Below are positions 49,926 through 60,830 of a DNA stretch of 64,000 nucleotides, piece by piece. Made by a program: the position numbers and the translations under genes. Numbering within the stretch: the first letter of the stretch is position 1; every line of letters starts with the position of its first letter. The stretch comes from Amoebophrya sp. A120. Its lineage: Eukaryota > Protista > Dinoflagellata. The notes below the pieces were generated by a model. It ran no database searches, had not been told where the DNA came from, and saw nothing but the letters and a program-made list of their open reading frames with translations. Location: NCBI GenBank assembly GCA_905178155.1, contig CAJINV010000009.1, forward strand, positions 3,156,768 through 3,220,767. Direction: 5' to 3'.

Positions 49926-52900
49926 ATGCACTCCGGTCGCAAGGCAACTCCGATGCAAACGCAGAATACAGTGAGTTCCGACTCGCCCCCCGCCGAAGCG
50001 ACGTACTTGCAAGTTTCTGGCATAGCCACAGTGGTGTCAGTGAGGCGTAGTTTTCGGCATGACAAACTCGGGTGAACCGTGGGGGCAGATTTGAATTGCA
50101 TACTCGAATCAGCACTTTTCCTTCACCGTGCTTTTCGTCGGGATTTTGGCTGTTCTTCTCGGTGGAGTTCCCGGATGTGGGAATCCCAATCCCGATGGGA
50201 CGACGAGTGCAGCATCTTCAACGGCAAGCTTGTTTTCTTTTTACCTCTTCGGCGACGGTGTATTGAAAAGAAAAACCGCCCCACGCGGCGGTCAGAGTTC
50301 TTCTTACGACACAGGGAACTTGCAGGAACATTTCCAGTCGCTAGAGTCTGATGTGCATCTCTATGTTCCTGGCTCTATAGCACAACTCCGCGACAGAGCG
50401 ACACTCGTCAGGAGTTCTGCATCGACATTTATATTAGGCACGGGCCGGTGCATCTCAATCTTGACTCTGGGATGATGATCGCGGGGACGGTTCTTTCACA
50501 CAGGATAAGGCTCTGCAAGCGTTTATCCTGAGTAAAAACGTCCCCACACCAGAGTTGCCATGCAAATGTGCAATGACAGGAACATTTGTAATGCGCAGTT
50601 CCATGAGAGGCATTTCCGGTCGTGTTTTTGAATCTGTAATGCTGTAAACGGGATGCGAAAGTGGCTTTCTCATGCGGCTTCTCTTGCCAATCGGCACCAC
50701 ACTGCAGAGGGAAACTTGTCATGCACAGCTTCCAAAACTTGGAGATTTGTGTTGCTAGATTCCCAACTTGACTATGGGGTGGGGATGTTTTTACTCAGGA
50801 TAGCGTTTTGGCGTATTCGGTTTTTGTCACGGTGAGAACAGCACCGAAGCAAATTCCCCAGTACCAAGACGAGAACAGCATTGCGGGGCGGGAAAATTTA
50901 TCAAAGGGAAAAATCCCCCCTCCCCATATCGAAACGAAGTTTCTGATGCTGGATTTGCGTACACAAATCAGGTCTGTCTTGCTGGAGAGGACTGCAGGCA
51001 TATGCCAAGCCTGGGTCGAGAGGTTTTGACGTAGGGGACTAGCATGACAGACGTCGGCTCTGTAAGCCCAGCAGCATCACAAACCGCCGGCATAATGCGG
51101 CGGATTCTCTGGCTTTGCCTTCTTGCAAGACAGACAGGATTTGTGACCTCAAATCTGCATCACAAATTTTCAGCCGAATGCGTTTTCGATATGGGGAAGG
51201 GGAATTTTTCCTCTCAATAAAATTTTCTCGATCTTCTCGTGCAATCCGTGGAGGAGAAATTTTCCTACGGCGCCGCTAACACCTTTCCATACAGCAGCTA
51301 CAGCAGCTATAACCAGAACGGGCAGAACCTCCTGGACAGCAGCGGCAGCAGTACTACTCGCCCACCGGGCCGGATACCGTTGCTCGGAGAGATTTCGCGG
51401 TACACCGCGCCGGAGCTGTTTTCGCCGGAGCGCAAAATCGCGGTTGACGTGGCTTTATCAACTGCAAATATGTTGTTGTCTGTGTCGGGAAAAAAAAAGG
51501 AAGTTCTGATGCGTGTCTACTTCGCGGCATTCCTGCTAAGTGTGGGTTGTATGACTAGCAAAAGCAGTGCTGTTTCGTCATGCTGAAACGCAGTTTGTAA
51601 CTGTCGTGTGCAGCTGCCACCTACCTTTGGGAGCAAAGGTCGGTAAAAAGTTGTCATGATGGGGAGTAGCAGTTGGAAGTGGTTCAATCATCCAGGGTTT
51701 AGCATCACGATGTTTCCAGAGGTGGACCCCGATATACTTATTTGCAATTCATAGGCTTTGAAGAATGTGCTGCATACGGTGGTAAACAGCGCCAAGGCAA
51801 ATTTGATCAACAACAGCAGGGCTCAGGTGCTTACCGCAAACCGCGGCCGGGCAACAACGTCGAGGGCAGCAGGACGGCAACCCGAGCAAGAGGCGCAACT
51901 GCAAAGGCAGCAGCTGTATGAAATGCAAAAGCATCGTACTAGTATAAATCGCATGACAAATTTCCGCAGCATGAGAAGCAAAATTTGTGATGCAGATTCG
52001 CTTTAAAAACGAGATTTGTAATCCATGATTGCAATTACTATGAGTGCGATACTTTTGCAGTTCATAAGCTGCAGGTGCGTTTCAAGGAGCTCATCGCCGT
52101 TGCAGTATCCATTGCAAATTTGTTGCAACCAGAAAAAATGGAGAAGTTTGTAATGCAGGTTTTGGATCACGGGAATGGTGATGGTCGCAAATGCGCACAG
52201 AAGCATTACAGGTAGTTTTGCGTATGCTTCTTGATGCCTCTCTCTCTCTCTCTCTCTCTCTCATGCTAAATTGACTGTGCGCGGACGAGCAGGAAGTTTA
52301 GCAACTTTATGTTGACTCCCTCCATGCAACACGAATTTGGGTATTTGTGTGATCCGAAGGAAAAGGTACTAAAGCTTGCATCACAAGCTGCATCCTCCCA
52401 GAGCCAGAAGACTAAGCACATATTTGCATTGCATCTGCGGACGACGAGAGCAGCGACGAAATACGCAGGGCGGCCGCGGTTGCGCTCGAGTTGACGGAAG
52501 CGCCGCTGTTTGTGAAAAACGTTTTTCTCGACTTGCAGCAGCGGCTTCTGAGCGCGGAAGTGAGGAGGAAAGAACTCTCGAGGCAGAGTTCGGTCGTAAC
52601 TTTGTTGGCAAATGGGAACGACTACGGCGGTAGTACATCAACGGGGAGTGGACCTACAGGAAACAACATCCCCTGGCGGCGCAAGGCCGAAGCGAGGGAC
52701 TGGTTGCATGAAAGGCAAAAGCATCGTACTAGTATAAATCGCATGACAAATTGCCTCAGCGTGAGAAATAAAATTTGTAATGCGGATTTAAAAGCAGAAA
52801 GACATTTGTAATGCATGAATGCGATTAGTACGAGTGCGATACTTTTGCACAGGATTGGTTGCGGCGCGAGTACGGGACGAAACTGCTGGTATCAAATGCA

Positions 52901-53252
52901 AATATGTCTGGGTCTGGAAACTTGTAATGCTAAAAGTGAATGATAGACGCACTGCAATACGCAGTTACGCATGACAATTTTTTTGGCTGCCATGTCTTAC
53001 GTATTCCGCATGGCAAACTACGTTTTTGCATGACAGGTAAGAGGGCCTTTTCATCGTGCCTAGGCAACACAGATTCTCCAGTCATGCCAGACACGCATGA
53101 CAAACTTGCACTCTTCCAGACCCAGACATTTTTGCATTTGATAGCTGGGTGGGGAGTACGACTTTTTCCTGAACAGCGTGGAATTGTGGGCAGTTAGTCC
53201 CGCGGGAAGTGGGCGGGTGAAATGGGACTTGGTGGAAAAAGTGGATTTGTAA
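49926..53252 (+). CDS. Unknown protein with N-terminal hydrophobic segment (start uncertain, could be 49781), eight introners
   Basis: In-frame joins: FGDGAASVLAYSVF, GRENFLDLL, VDVALKNVL, QQLQVRFKELIAVADDESSDE, DWLRREYGTKLLGGEYDF...EKVDL-stop. Confidence 0.7.
50261..50507. mobile_element. Eroded introner family B
   Basis: TATTGAAAAGAAAAACCGCCCCAC...GGGGACGGTTCTTTCACACAGGATA; TSD decayed (CGGTG/AGGCT) but element+5 nt restores frame. Confidence 0.65.
50524..50802. mobile_element. Introner family B
   Basis: TSD GCGTT/GCGTT. Confidence 0.94.
50899..51219. mobile_element. Introner family C
   Basis: TSD AAATT/AAATT. Confidence 0.92.
51456..51753. mobile_element. Introner family A-like, diverged
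   Basis: TATCAACTGCAAATA...TATTTGCAATTCATA; TSD GGCTT/GGCTT. Confidence 0.85.
51917..52066. mobile_element. Introner family H
   Basis: TSD AGCTG/AGCTG. Confidence 0.92.
52106..52435. mobile_element. Introner family A-like, eroded, containing a (CT)n microsatellite at about 52238-52262
   Basis: TATCCATTGCAAATTTGT...ACATATTTGCATTGCATC; flanks TGCAG/TGCGG. Confidence 0.75.
52707..52856. mobile_element. Introner family H with both terminal bases mutated
   Basis: CATGAAAGGCAAAAGCATCG...CGATACTTTTGCACAGGATT; TSD GGTTG/GGTTG. Confidence 0.9.
52890..53143. mobile_element. Introner family A
   Basis: TSD GCTGG/GCTGG; near-perfect 30-bp TIR. Confidence 0.95.
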
Positions 53253-54071
53253 AGACGGTGTAGCTGATGTGCTGGGTCGTCCACAGCTTGCTGGGTCTGC
53301 TGCGGTTCCCGGAAGTAGTCTCTCGTGAATTTCTGCACATTATTCCGACCTTCGTGATACTAACATGTAGAACAAGAGAAAAACAACTTAGTACACCGTA
53401 AAATACTAAATGTTAGCGCGCAGTAGATCGTGGATGGAAATGCGATTTTGGTTCTTCAAATGAAATGTACTGTATTGGTATCGACGCGGGCGGGGCGGGG
53501 GACAACTTGCCCCCCTCCTCCTTCATCTCATCACCCCCCTTTTTCGCTCATCATGGAATCGAGCTCCACTGTTGTTCCGAATTTTACGGCTTGAAGATGG
53601 TTTACTCGGCGGTCCCCGGCCGCCGCTAGAACCGGAGCAGGCAACGACTCCGGATAGATACCTAGCTCTAGTCAGAAGTTCTAGAAGACGAGTGGGAGCA
53701 GATCTTCAGTGACCACAGTGACAGAGGACATTAGAGGAACTACAATACGCAGCAAGCATGCAAGAAATATAGAGCGGGTTTATTGGTGTGCCTGCGACAA
53801 TTTAGACGTTACCGTTGGTCCTGGTCGCGTGAACTCGTGTCACACGACCCTGGAGCGAGATTCAATTTAGCGTAGAACGAGTTTTCAATAATTGTCACAG
53901 ATGAGTAGAACAAACGCAGTTAGCTGTTTTAGAGTGACAAAATAAAAGATAATTCCGACGACAACTATACTTAGAGGAAATCTAGCTGTGAGCTTTGTGT
54001 GGTGTAGCTGCGGATCATTGTTGTAGTATGACAATAACAGAAGCTGTGTACTAGCAGAACCGCATGACAAA

Positions 54072-55148
54072 ATGGCGTCTCTGGAGAGCATCCACGTAAA
54101 GGTGAAGCGGAAAAACCAAACGTTTTTTCTTCTGGTATAATGCTAGTGATAAACTTTATCTACTTGTTGTCATGCGGGTTTTGGATGATAGGTGTCTTTT
54201 TTCATGCAGGAGAGCTGGACATATTTTTACAAAGTTGAAAAAGAGCACACCCCAAATTATACAGTGCGACACGGCAGATATGACGGTGCTCGCCCTGAAA
54301 GAAAAACTGGTCCTGCTTTTCGCGGACAAGGGGATCAAGTCACCGCTGGATATCCGATTACTCTACGAAGTATCCGTGGGAATAGAGAGCTTGCCGTACA
54401 TCATGTACAAGAATACGGATGGAACCTTTCACGACATGCTCTGTTTTGTAAAAGCAACATTGGAAGATTATGTTCTTTCGGCATTTTTTTTTCATTTTCA
54501 TCGCGGCAAAACGACTAAGATCATCGGTGATCCATTTCATCCTACGTGTACGGCAAGTACTTTCTTTCGTTGCATACGTTGATCTGATATCAACTGTAAA
54601 AATGTCTGGGTCTGGGAGATTGCACGATTTGTCATGCATATTTTGCATGATCCATAATGCCTGGAATGCATGGCCTAGCATCACAGATTGTTAGAGCGCT
54701 TCCTCATGCCTATTCCGCATGACAAATGCCCCGTCCGCGTAGCACAAAGCGGAGTCCTCTTGCTGGTCATGCAATACAAATTTTTTTAGAATCCAGAGAC
54801 AGCATCACAAGTTCCAATCTTCCAGACCCAGACACTTTTACAATCCATATCTGATCCTCGAAGACGAAGTTTCACTCAGGTCACAGCGCATCGCGGACAG
54901 CTCAATCTTGAGCTTATGGTATACCATAGATCTATCGGCGTTTCTTGTTTTGGCCATGTTTCACAATTACAATACGCTGAGAACGAAGCTATTTGCATAA
55001 AACTATGCGAAGTGTTGAAAAACCAATCTATCACCATCTAATTATAAAAACTCTCAGCCTTCGAATAGACGAGACAAATTTCGAGTCTCCAGAGTACGAC
55101 GACCTGGACGCAATACACCTGAAGGCGGCAAGCGCGCACAAGGCGTGA
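54072..55148 (+). CDS. Elongin B-like ubiquitin-fold protein
   Basis: Spliced: MASLESIHVKVKRKNQTFFLL|CDTADMTVLALKEKLVLLFADKGIKSPLDIRLLYE|DL|ILEDEVSLRSQRIADSSILSL|CLRIDETNFESPEYDDLDAIHLKAASAHKA; resembles the plant/protist Elongin B pattern as recalled. Confidence 0.75.
54371..54576. mobile_element. Singleton eroded introner
   Basis: Inverted CTTGCCGTACA / TGTACGGCAAG near the ends, TAT...ATA termini; flanks CGAAG/CGTTG. Confidence 0.75.
54588..54849. mobile_element. Introner family A
   Basis: TSD TCTGA/TCTGA. Confidence 0.93.
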
Positions 55149-56229
55149 AGTGAAGTCTTCTTCGTTTCCTGGCGTGAAAGCCACGGAAGCTGCTTCCACC
55201 ATGAAGGTTTTTTTCGAAAGAGAAAAAGTGAACGCGAAATGAAAGTGCGACCTGATTCTTCCCCCCGCGAGCTCGACTCTTCACCAGCGACAAAAAATAA
55301 AGCACGTTGAACCAGTACAACGACATGATGGAAAAAATATCATCTTCGAATAAAGGGCATCACACTTAGATAGAAGATGACCCAATTCTTCAGCGATCGC
55401 AGAAGAAGAACCTACCGCGCTGCTGGTTTCTAGCAGCTGTGTTCGATGCCAACAAATAATAACAAGAAGAACATTGACACGACCAGAAGTAGAAACAAAT
55501 CAGCGTCTTGACAACTACACGACTGGCGTGTCTGCTCGTGTCGTCGCGAGAACAAGAACCAAAGTTACGTGTAGGAATGTAGGAAAAGAGATCTTCCGGA
55601 TCATTAACTTTTGATTTTGGCAAGTATCTTTACGCGGCTTGCAAAGCATTTGTTCTAGTCGAGAAAACAAGGATGAAGATGTTTACGATCAAAAGATCAA
55701 GTACGTACGACAAGAAACACTGGCGCGCTGCAGCCACGGCTGCAGAATCGATCATGTTGTTTATCAAAAAAAAAAAATTTTTTGATTTTTGGTATATTCA
55801 GTTTATCTTAGTATTTATTCTTCACACGCTACTAACACCACAGCAACACCATACGAGTCTCTCTTTGTTTTTCCTATCGGCAACCTTTTTACAGCTTTTT
55901 GGAAGTAGTAGCTTCTCCTGCGTAATTATTAGCAGGTCGATAGCAAAGAAAAATCGCTGATCAAGTAGACGAACCTATACAGGTGCGGGATAAAAGTAGT
56001 CCCCCATGGTCACAAGAACTTTTACTTTTTGCGACACGATCGTGGTAGACTTGTGTAAGAAGGAGCATTTTTATTCTTGTAGCGTCATATTAAATTACAC
56101 GACAAATTGATAGTAGGCCAAGAGAACTACATCAAACCCAGTACAAGAAGCATTATACTTAGATACAAAACCGAAACACCCTTCTACGGCCCTCTTCACC
56201 TGCTCGCGCACAAGACACAAGCGCCGAAA

Positions 56230-59200
56230 ATGGACGCGCTTTTCGGGGACCTGCAGACCGATTTGGAGAACGAATCGTGGGCCAACGCGTTGGAAATCGC
56301 GGAAGAAATTCTGTCCCAATGTGACGAGAAGCCCGCGGAAAAAGCAGCGGCCGCGGAGGCGAGGCTGTACGCTTTCGTAAAACTCGGCCGGTTTACCGAC
56401 GTGGTCAAGGAAGCCGAGGAAAGCGACGCGGCAGGGAGATTGTTGAAGGCGTATAGATTTAGATTGATTTTTGTTGTTCATCGGCGATGAAATCGTGTTA
56501 ATCTGACATCTTTGATCTGTATCCTGTGCTGATCGGAATTGAGACTACTTTTGCTTTCAGTTGAATTTAACGCATGAACCTCCCTATTCGCCCCGGTTAG
56601 AGCCCATTTCCTCTTTTATTACTCTACTCATGAAAAATAAAAAAATTCATCTCTATCTGGTTCAACATGAATTTTTTAGCTACGCCCAGTACCGACTTGG
56701 GCAATTCTCGGAAGCGAAGGCCCTCCTCGGAGGTGCTGCTGCATCCAGCGACGACCCATTTGTGAGAAACCTTCTCGCTCAAATAGACTACCAGCAAGGA
56801 AATTTCTCTTCCGCGGAGAAAGTTTTTGCAGCGCTCGCCAAGGACGGACAGGAAGACGCGAATTTGAATTTAGCCTGCGTTATCAAATGCAACAATGTCT
56901 CGGTCTGGAAAGTTGCAACTTGTGATGCGTGTTTCGGATCCTACAAAGATCTGTGATGCAGAACGTGCAAAAAGTGCCCACTTCTGGCCATGCTGACGGG
57001 GCATTTCTCATGCAGAATACGCATCACCAAGGAGCTGCAGAACCTGTGATGCTAGGCCCTGCATTCCAGACGTGGGGGAGCTTGGAAAAACTGCATTACA
57101 AGTCTCAGAATCTTCCAGACCCAGACATTTCTGCATTTGATATGCGTGCAGGAAGCAAGCTCGGCGGCGGGACTGGGCCTGGGGGTGCTGAAAAAGTTCC
57201 ACGACCTGGCACCGAAACAGTATTTGGATTTTACACTGCGATAGAGAAGATAGAAGACTCTTGGAGGTTGTGTTTCTTGTATGGTTGCATGTTGTTTTTT
57301 TTCCGTCGTAGCTGCAATGTGAATCTTTGCAAGGGAAATGCAAATATAATAACCACGGCCCGGGTTTTGTTCCTGAACCTGAAGAAAGCAAAGAAATTTA
57401 TTCCCGCACGACCACATTGGCAATGTATCCCATTCTCTCAGGTGGGTGTCGCAATACAACATTGGGTCCGCGGAACTGGGGGCAGGACAGCTCAACGCCG
57501 CACTGAAATCTCTCCTGAATGCACTCGCTGGCTGCATGAAGGACCCGTCTCACAGGGAAGAGGTACAGGTAGTGTTGCTTCTTGTTCTTCACAACATCGC
57601 GTTTGCATTTTTGGTCACCCGAAGTAGTAGAAGTAGTAACTAACGGAAGATCGAATTCTGATTCTACAGGACCTCTCCCAGATCCGAGCGCAGCTGGGGG
57701 TAGTTTACCAAAAGCTGAACCAAGAGAAACAAGCCACAGCGAACTACGAAAAAGTAGCACCAAGCAGTAGTCTCACGAACCTGGTGGTCACGAACAATCA
57801 GATGGCGCTGAAGGTGGCCCATGACACGAGCAAGTGCAATGAGGCGATCAAGAAGATCACGAATGCGGTGTCCAGCTGCAGTACTACAACCAGTGCCGCG
57901 TCTTCGAGCAGCACGGCGATAAGTAAAACCGTCCTTGATTCCACCTCGTTTAACAAGGCGGCGCTGCTGGTGATGGGGAAAAAGGAAGCAGCGGTGGAGG
58001 CGTTGAAGGAAATGGAACCCAGCAGCAAAAAAATCGTGCTAGAGGCGAGTCAGGCGTTTCTCAAGAAGGATTTGGGTCTGTGCGAGCAAATTCTGATAAA
58101 AGGCGGCGAAGGTGGGCGTGGGGAAGACAGTGCCGCTGCCGTCAGTGCGCTAGGTATAAATTAATATGCTTGTTTGGAAGTGTGCGTGCTTCCATGGACT
58201 GTATTTGAGGTTGAGATCGTTCAGCAGCAGGTGGTACAAATTGAGTCAAGGAGGCCAGCATAGTACAACCTCAATTTTCATACAACAGGCGAATTCTACT
58301 CCACGCACCTGAAGGACGAACAGAAAGCCATCGCGTACTATATGACCTGCTCAAACGTTACAACCTCAAACGTTACAATAGAATCGGGATTTTGTCCTGC
58401 ATAATGAGCATGACAGACTCGCAGACCATTCCACTTTCTGCAACACAAATTTCGGCAGATTGTAGTGCGGTTTGGGACGACTCCGGAACTTGTCATGCGC
58501 AGTCCTATGAGAGTTGGCTAGATCATGCATTTCTTGCATCACAGATTTCCAGACTCTATTGTAACGTTTGAGATTGTAACGTTTGAGCAGGTCATATACT
58601 ACTCCAAGCTCCCCGCCGACCAGAGGCTGGCGGCTTTGGACACACTGTGCGCGTTTGCCTGGAAGCAAAAAAAGCCGGAGGAAGTGTTGCGACATTTGAG
58701 GGAAGCCATGGAATCGGTGAAGGCAGATGCGGAGAAACTGAAGGTATTGATGCTGATACTTCTGATAAATGTAAGTACTAGATTGAAGATGTACTGGCAT
58801 GCGTATATGCATGACAGAGTGTGTTTCTCATGCTCTCGGTACATTTTTCATACTTGTGAACTGAAAATGAAAATTCCATCAGACCGTCCTCCAAACCGCT
58901 TTCAAGTGGGCAAAGAACCACCTTCACGACGCGGCCTTCCAGCAGGAAATCACGCAGCTTTACCTCGAGCAGATTGACAAAAGCGACGCGTTTTTCCTCC
59001 AGCAGCGGGTTTTCAACCTCACCTGCGGGTCCTCAGCGGCACGAGGACCACCTGGCGGGAAGATGACTAGTTCGAACAGTAAAAGCACAGGAGCTGCTGG
59101 TAGTGCAACTGTTCCACCAGCTAAAGACGCGCTGGAGAAAGGGTTTCAGCTCGCGATCGACCTGTTTGAGAAAAACAACAACGACAGCGCAATGGACTTG

Positions 59201-59815
59201 GATTTTGAAGAACTGGAGCAACAGGGCATCCCCACGCGGCTGATGGCGAAGGCCAAGAGTCTGTCTAGCACGACCGCAGGAACTGCTACTGCTGGGCCTG
59301 ACGGTATCACAGGAAAAAATTGTTTCACTGTGATGGTTTTGCAAGATCCGCATCACAAGTTTGCTACACATGACACAGAAAATTTGTCATGCGTGCTTCG
59401 GCAAACACGCTTAAAAATCCAATGCCTTGCAGGTGTAGCAAGACAAATAGTTCTGTGTATACACTCTGTGCATCACAAGTTCACCGTGAAACAGTTTTTT
59501 CTTGCGATAGACGGCCAGGCCGGAGTGAAGAAGAAGCGCAACCGGAAGCCCCGATACCCGAAGGATTTTGACCCGAAAAATCCGGACAAGTTTCCCAAGC
59601 CCGACCCAGAGAGGTGGCTGCCGAAGCAGCAGAGGTCGTACTACAAGGCGCCGAAGGGAAAGCGAGGCAACCGAAACGTGATCAAGGGGGGCCCCCAGGG
59701 CGCGGTCACCGGTGGGAATGCGGAGAAAACCGGGCCGTCTACCCTGCAAAACACAAAGATCGAAACGGAGGTGGTGGCGCGAAAAGCGAATAAGAACAAG
59801 AAGAAAAAGAAGTGA
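56230..59815 (+). CDS. SRP72: Signal recognition particle subunit SRP72
   Basis: TPR-like N-terminus (LKA|YAQYRLG, LLAQIDYQQGNF) and C-terminal RNA-binding motif KKKRNRKPRYPKDFDP...PDPERWLPKQQRSYY, then GGPQG and a basic tail. Confidence 0.93.
56881..57142. mobile_element. Introner family A
   Basis: TSD TGCGT/TGCGT. Confidence 0.92.
58341..58596. mobile_element. Introner family E
   Basis: About 40-bp near-perfect TIR; TSD TACTA/TACTA. Confidence 0.95.
59305..59509. mobile_element. Introner family F, in frame and stop-free
   Basis: TSD GACGG/GACGG; 205+5 = 210 nt. Confidence 0.92.
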
Positions 59816-60830
59816 GATTGAAAGCGGATGCAACTTCGGAACAGTTGCTCGCTTTTTCCTTCCAGTAAGTTCGATGATGAGACCCGCCCAGTACTAGTGC
59901 TGTTGTTTTTCTTTTTACCCCACCTCCTGAGGACTTCCGCAGTCGTGAGTGTTAAAAGTCAGAACCACTTCTGTTACGACTTGCCTTACGACTTGCCCTT
60001 TGTTCAATATTTTCATCATGACCCGAGTTACAACCCGACGACAAATCATAAACCCAAAGTTTTCATCTCTACGGGAGAAGAAAGTCCAGTATAATCAGAG
60101 GTGCAGCGTGATAGATAGGAAAAAGAGCCTTCGTGCGTCGAGTTCTTCGACCCGGATGGCATATGTGCCCTGCAACAGGAGTGCAGACGGCGAGTTTTGA
60201 GCGTGGTGTTTGTACCACCGCTCGCGCATCATGCGCATGATGGCCTTGGTCGTTGTTCATCGCCGGTAGAAGATGAATGTTGACTGCAAGTACTTCACAG
60301 CAACTGCAGCTTTTCTTCAGAGTGTTATAGATGTAGTTGCAGCTTGGTGGACGTCATGATTGATATCTAAGTAGCGTTTGAGATGAGGGACGATAGTTAG
60401 AGGAGATGCGGCTCTGCCACTTTTGCGAGCGCGCCGAGAGAGCCGAAAGTTTCGAGTTGGATGAAAGAGTCGTTTTCTACGAGAATTTTCCCCGCACCGG
60501 TGGTCGTCGTGAACTTGTTGACAAAACATAATATCGTTTGTTCGGCATCGGCCTTTCGTAGTACTTGATATTCTACTCACGGCTCTCATTTGTCTGGAAC
60601 GCCGGTGTTGTGTTACTGTGCACAATTGGCGAGCAAAGTAAAAACTATGGATTATCTTCATAGAACAAGCAGCATTTGCCTTTGCTAGTGAAAGTACAGG
60701 AAGCAGAACTAGAGCACCGTGGCTTCTACCAACAAAGGACAGAACGGGAGGAGAAGATTCTAAAATGATACAACGCGACCGCGGTGTAGTTCCCGCTCAG
60801 CTTAATACTTCTCCAACCTGCTACAAGAAG

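Noticed and set aside
50003-50103. Possible further eroded element (also near 1961-2100, 45312-45500 and 62806-63090)
   Set aside because: Octamers or partial inverted repeats are present but ends and TSD cannot be fixed, so not listed as features
52420-52494. Apparent IAVHLR fucosyltransferase-like motif
   Set aside because: Wrong frame; correct element removal gives IAVADDESSDE
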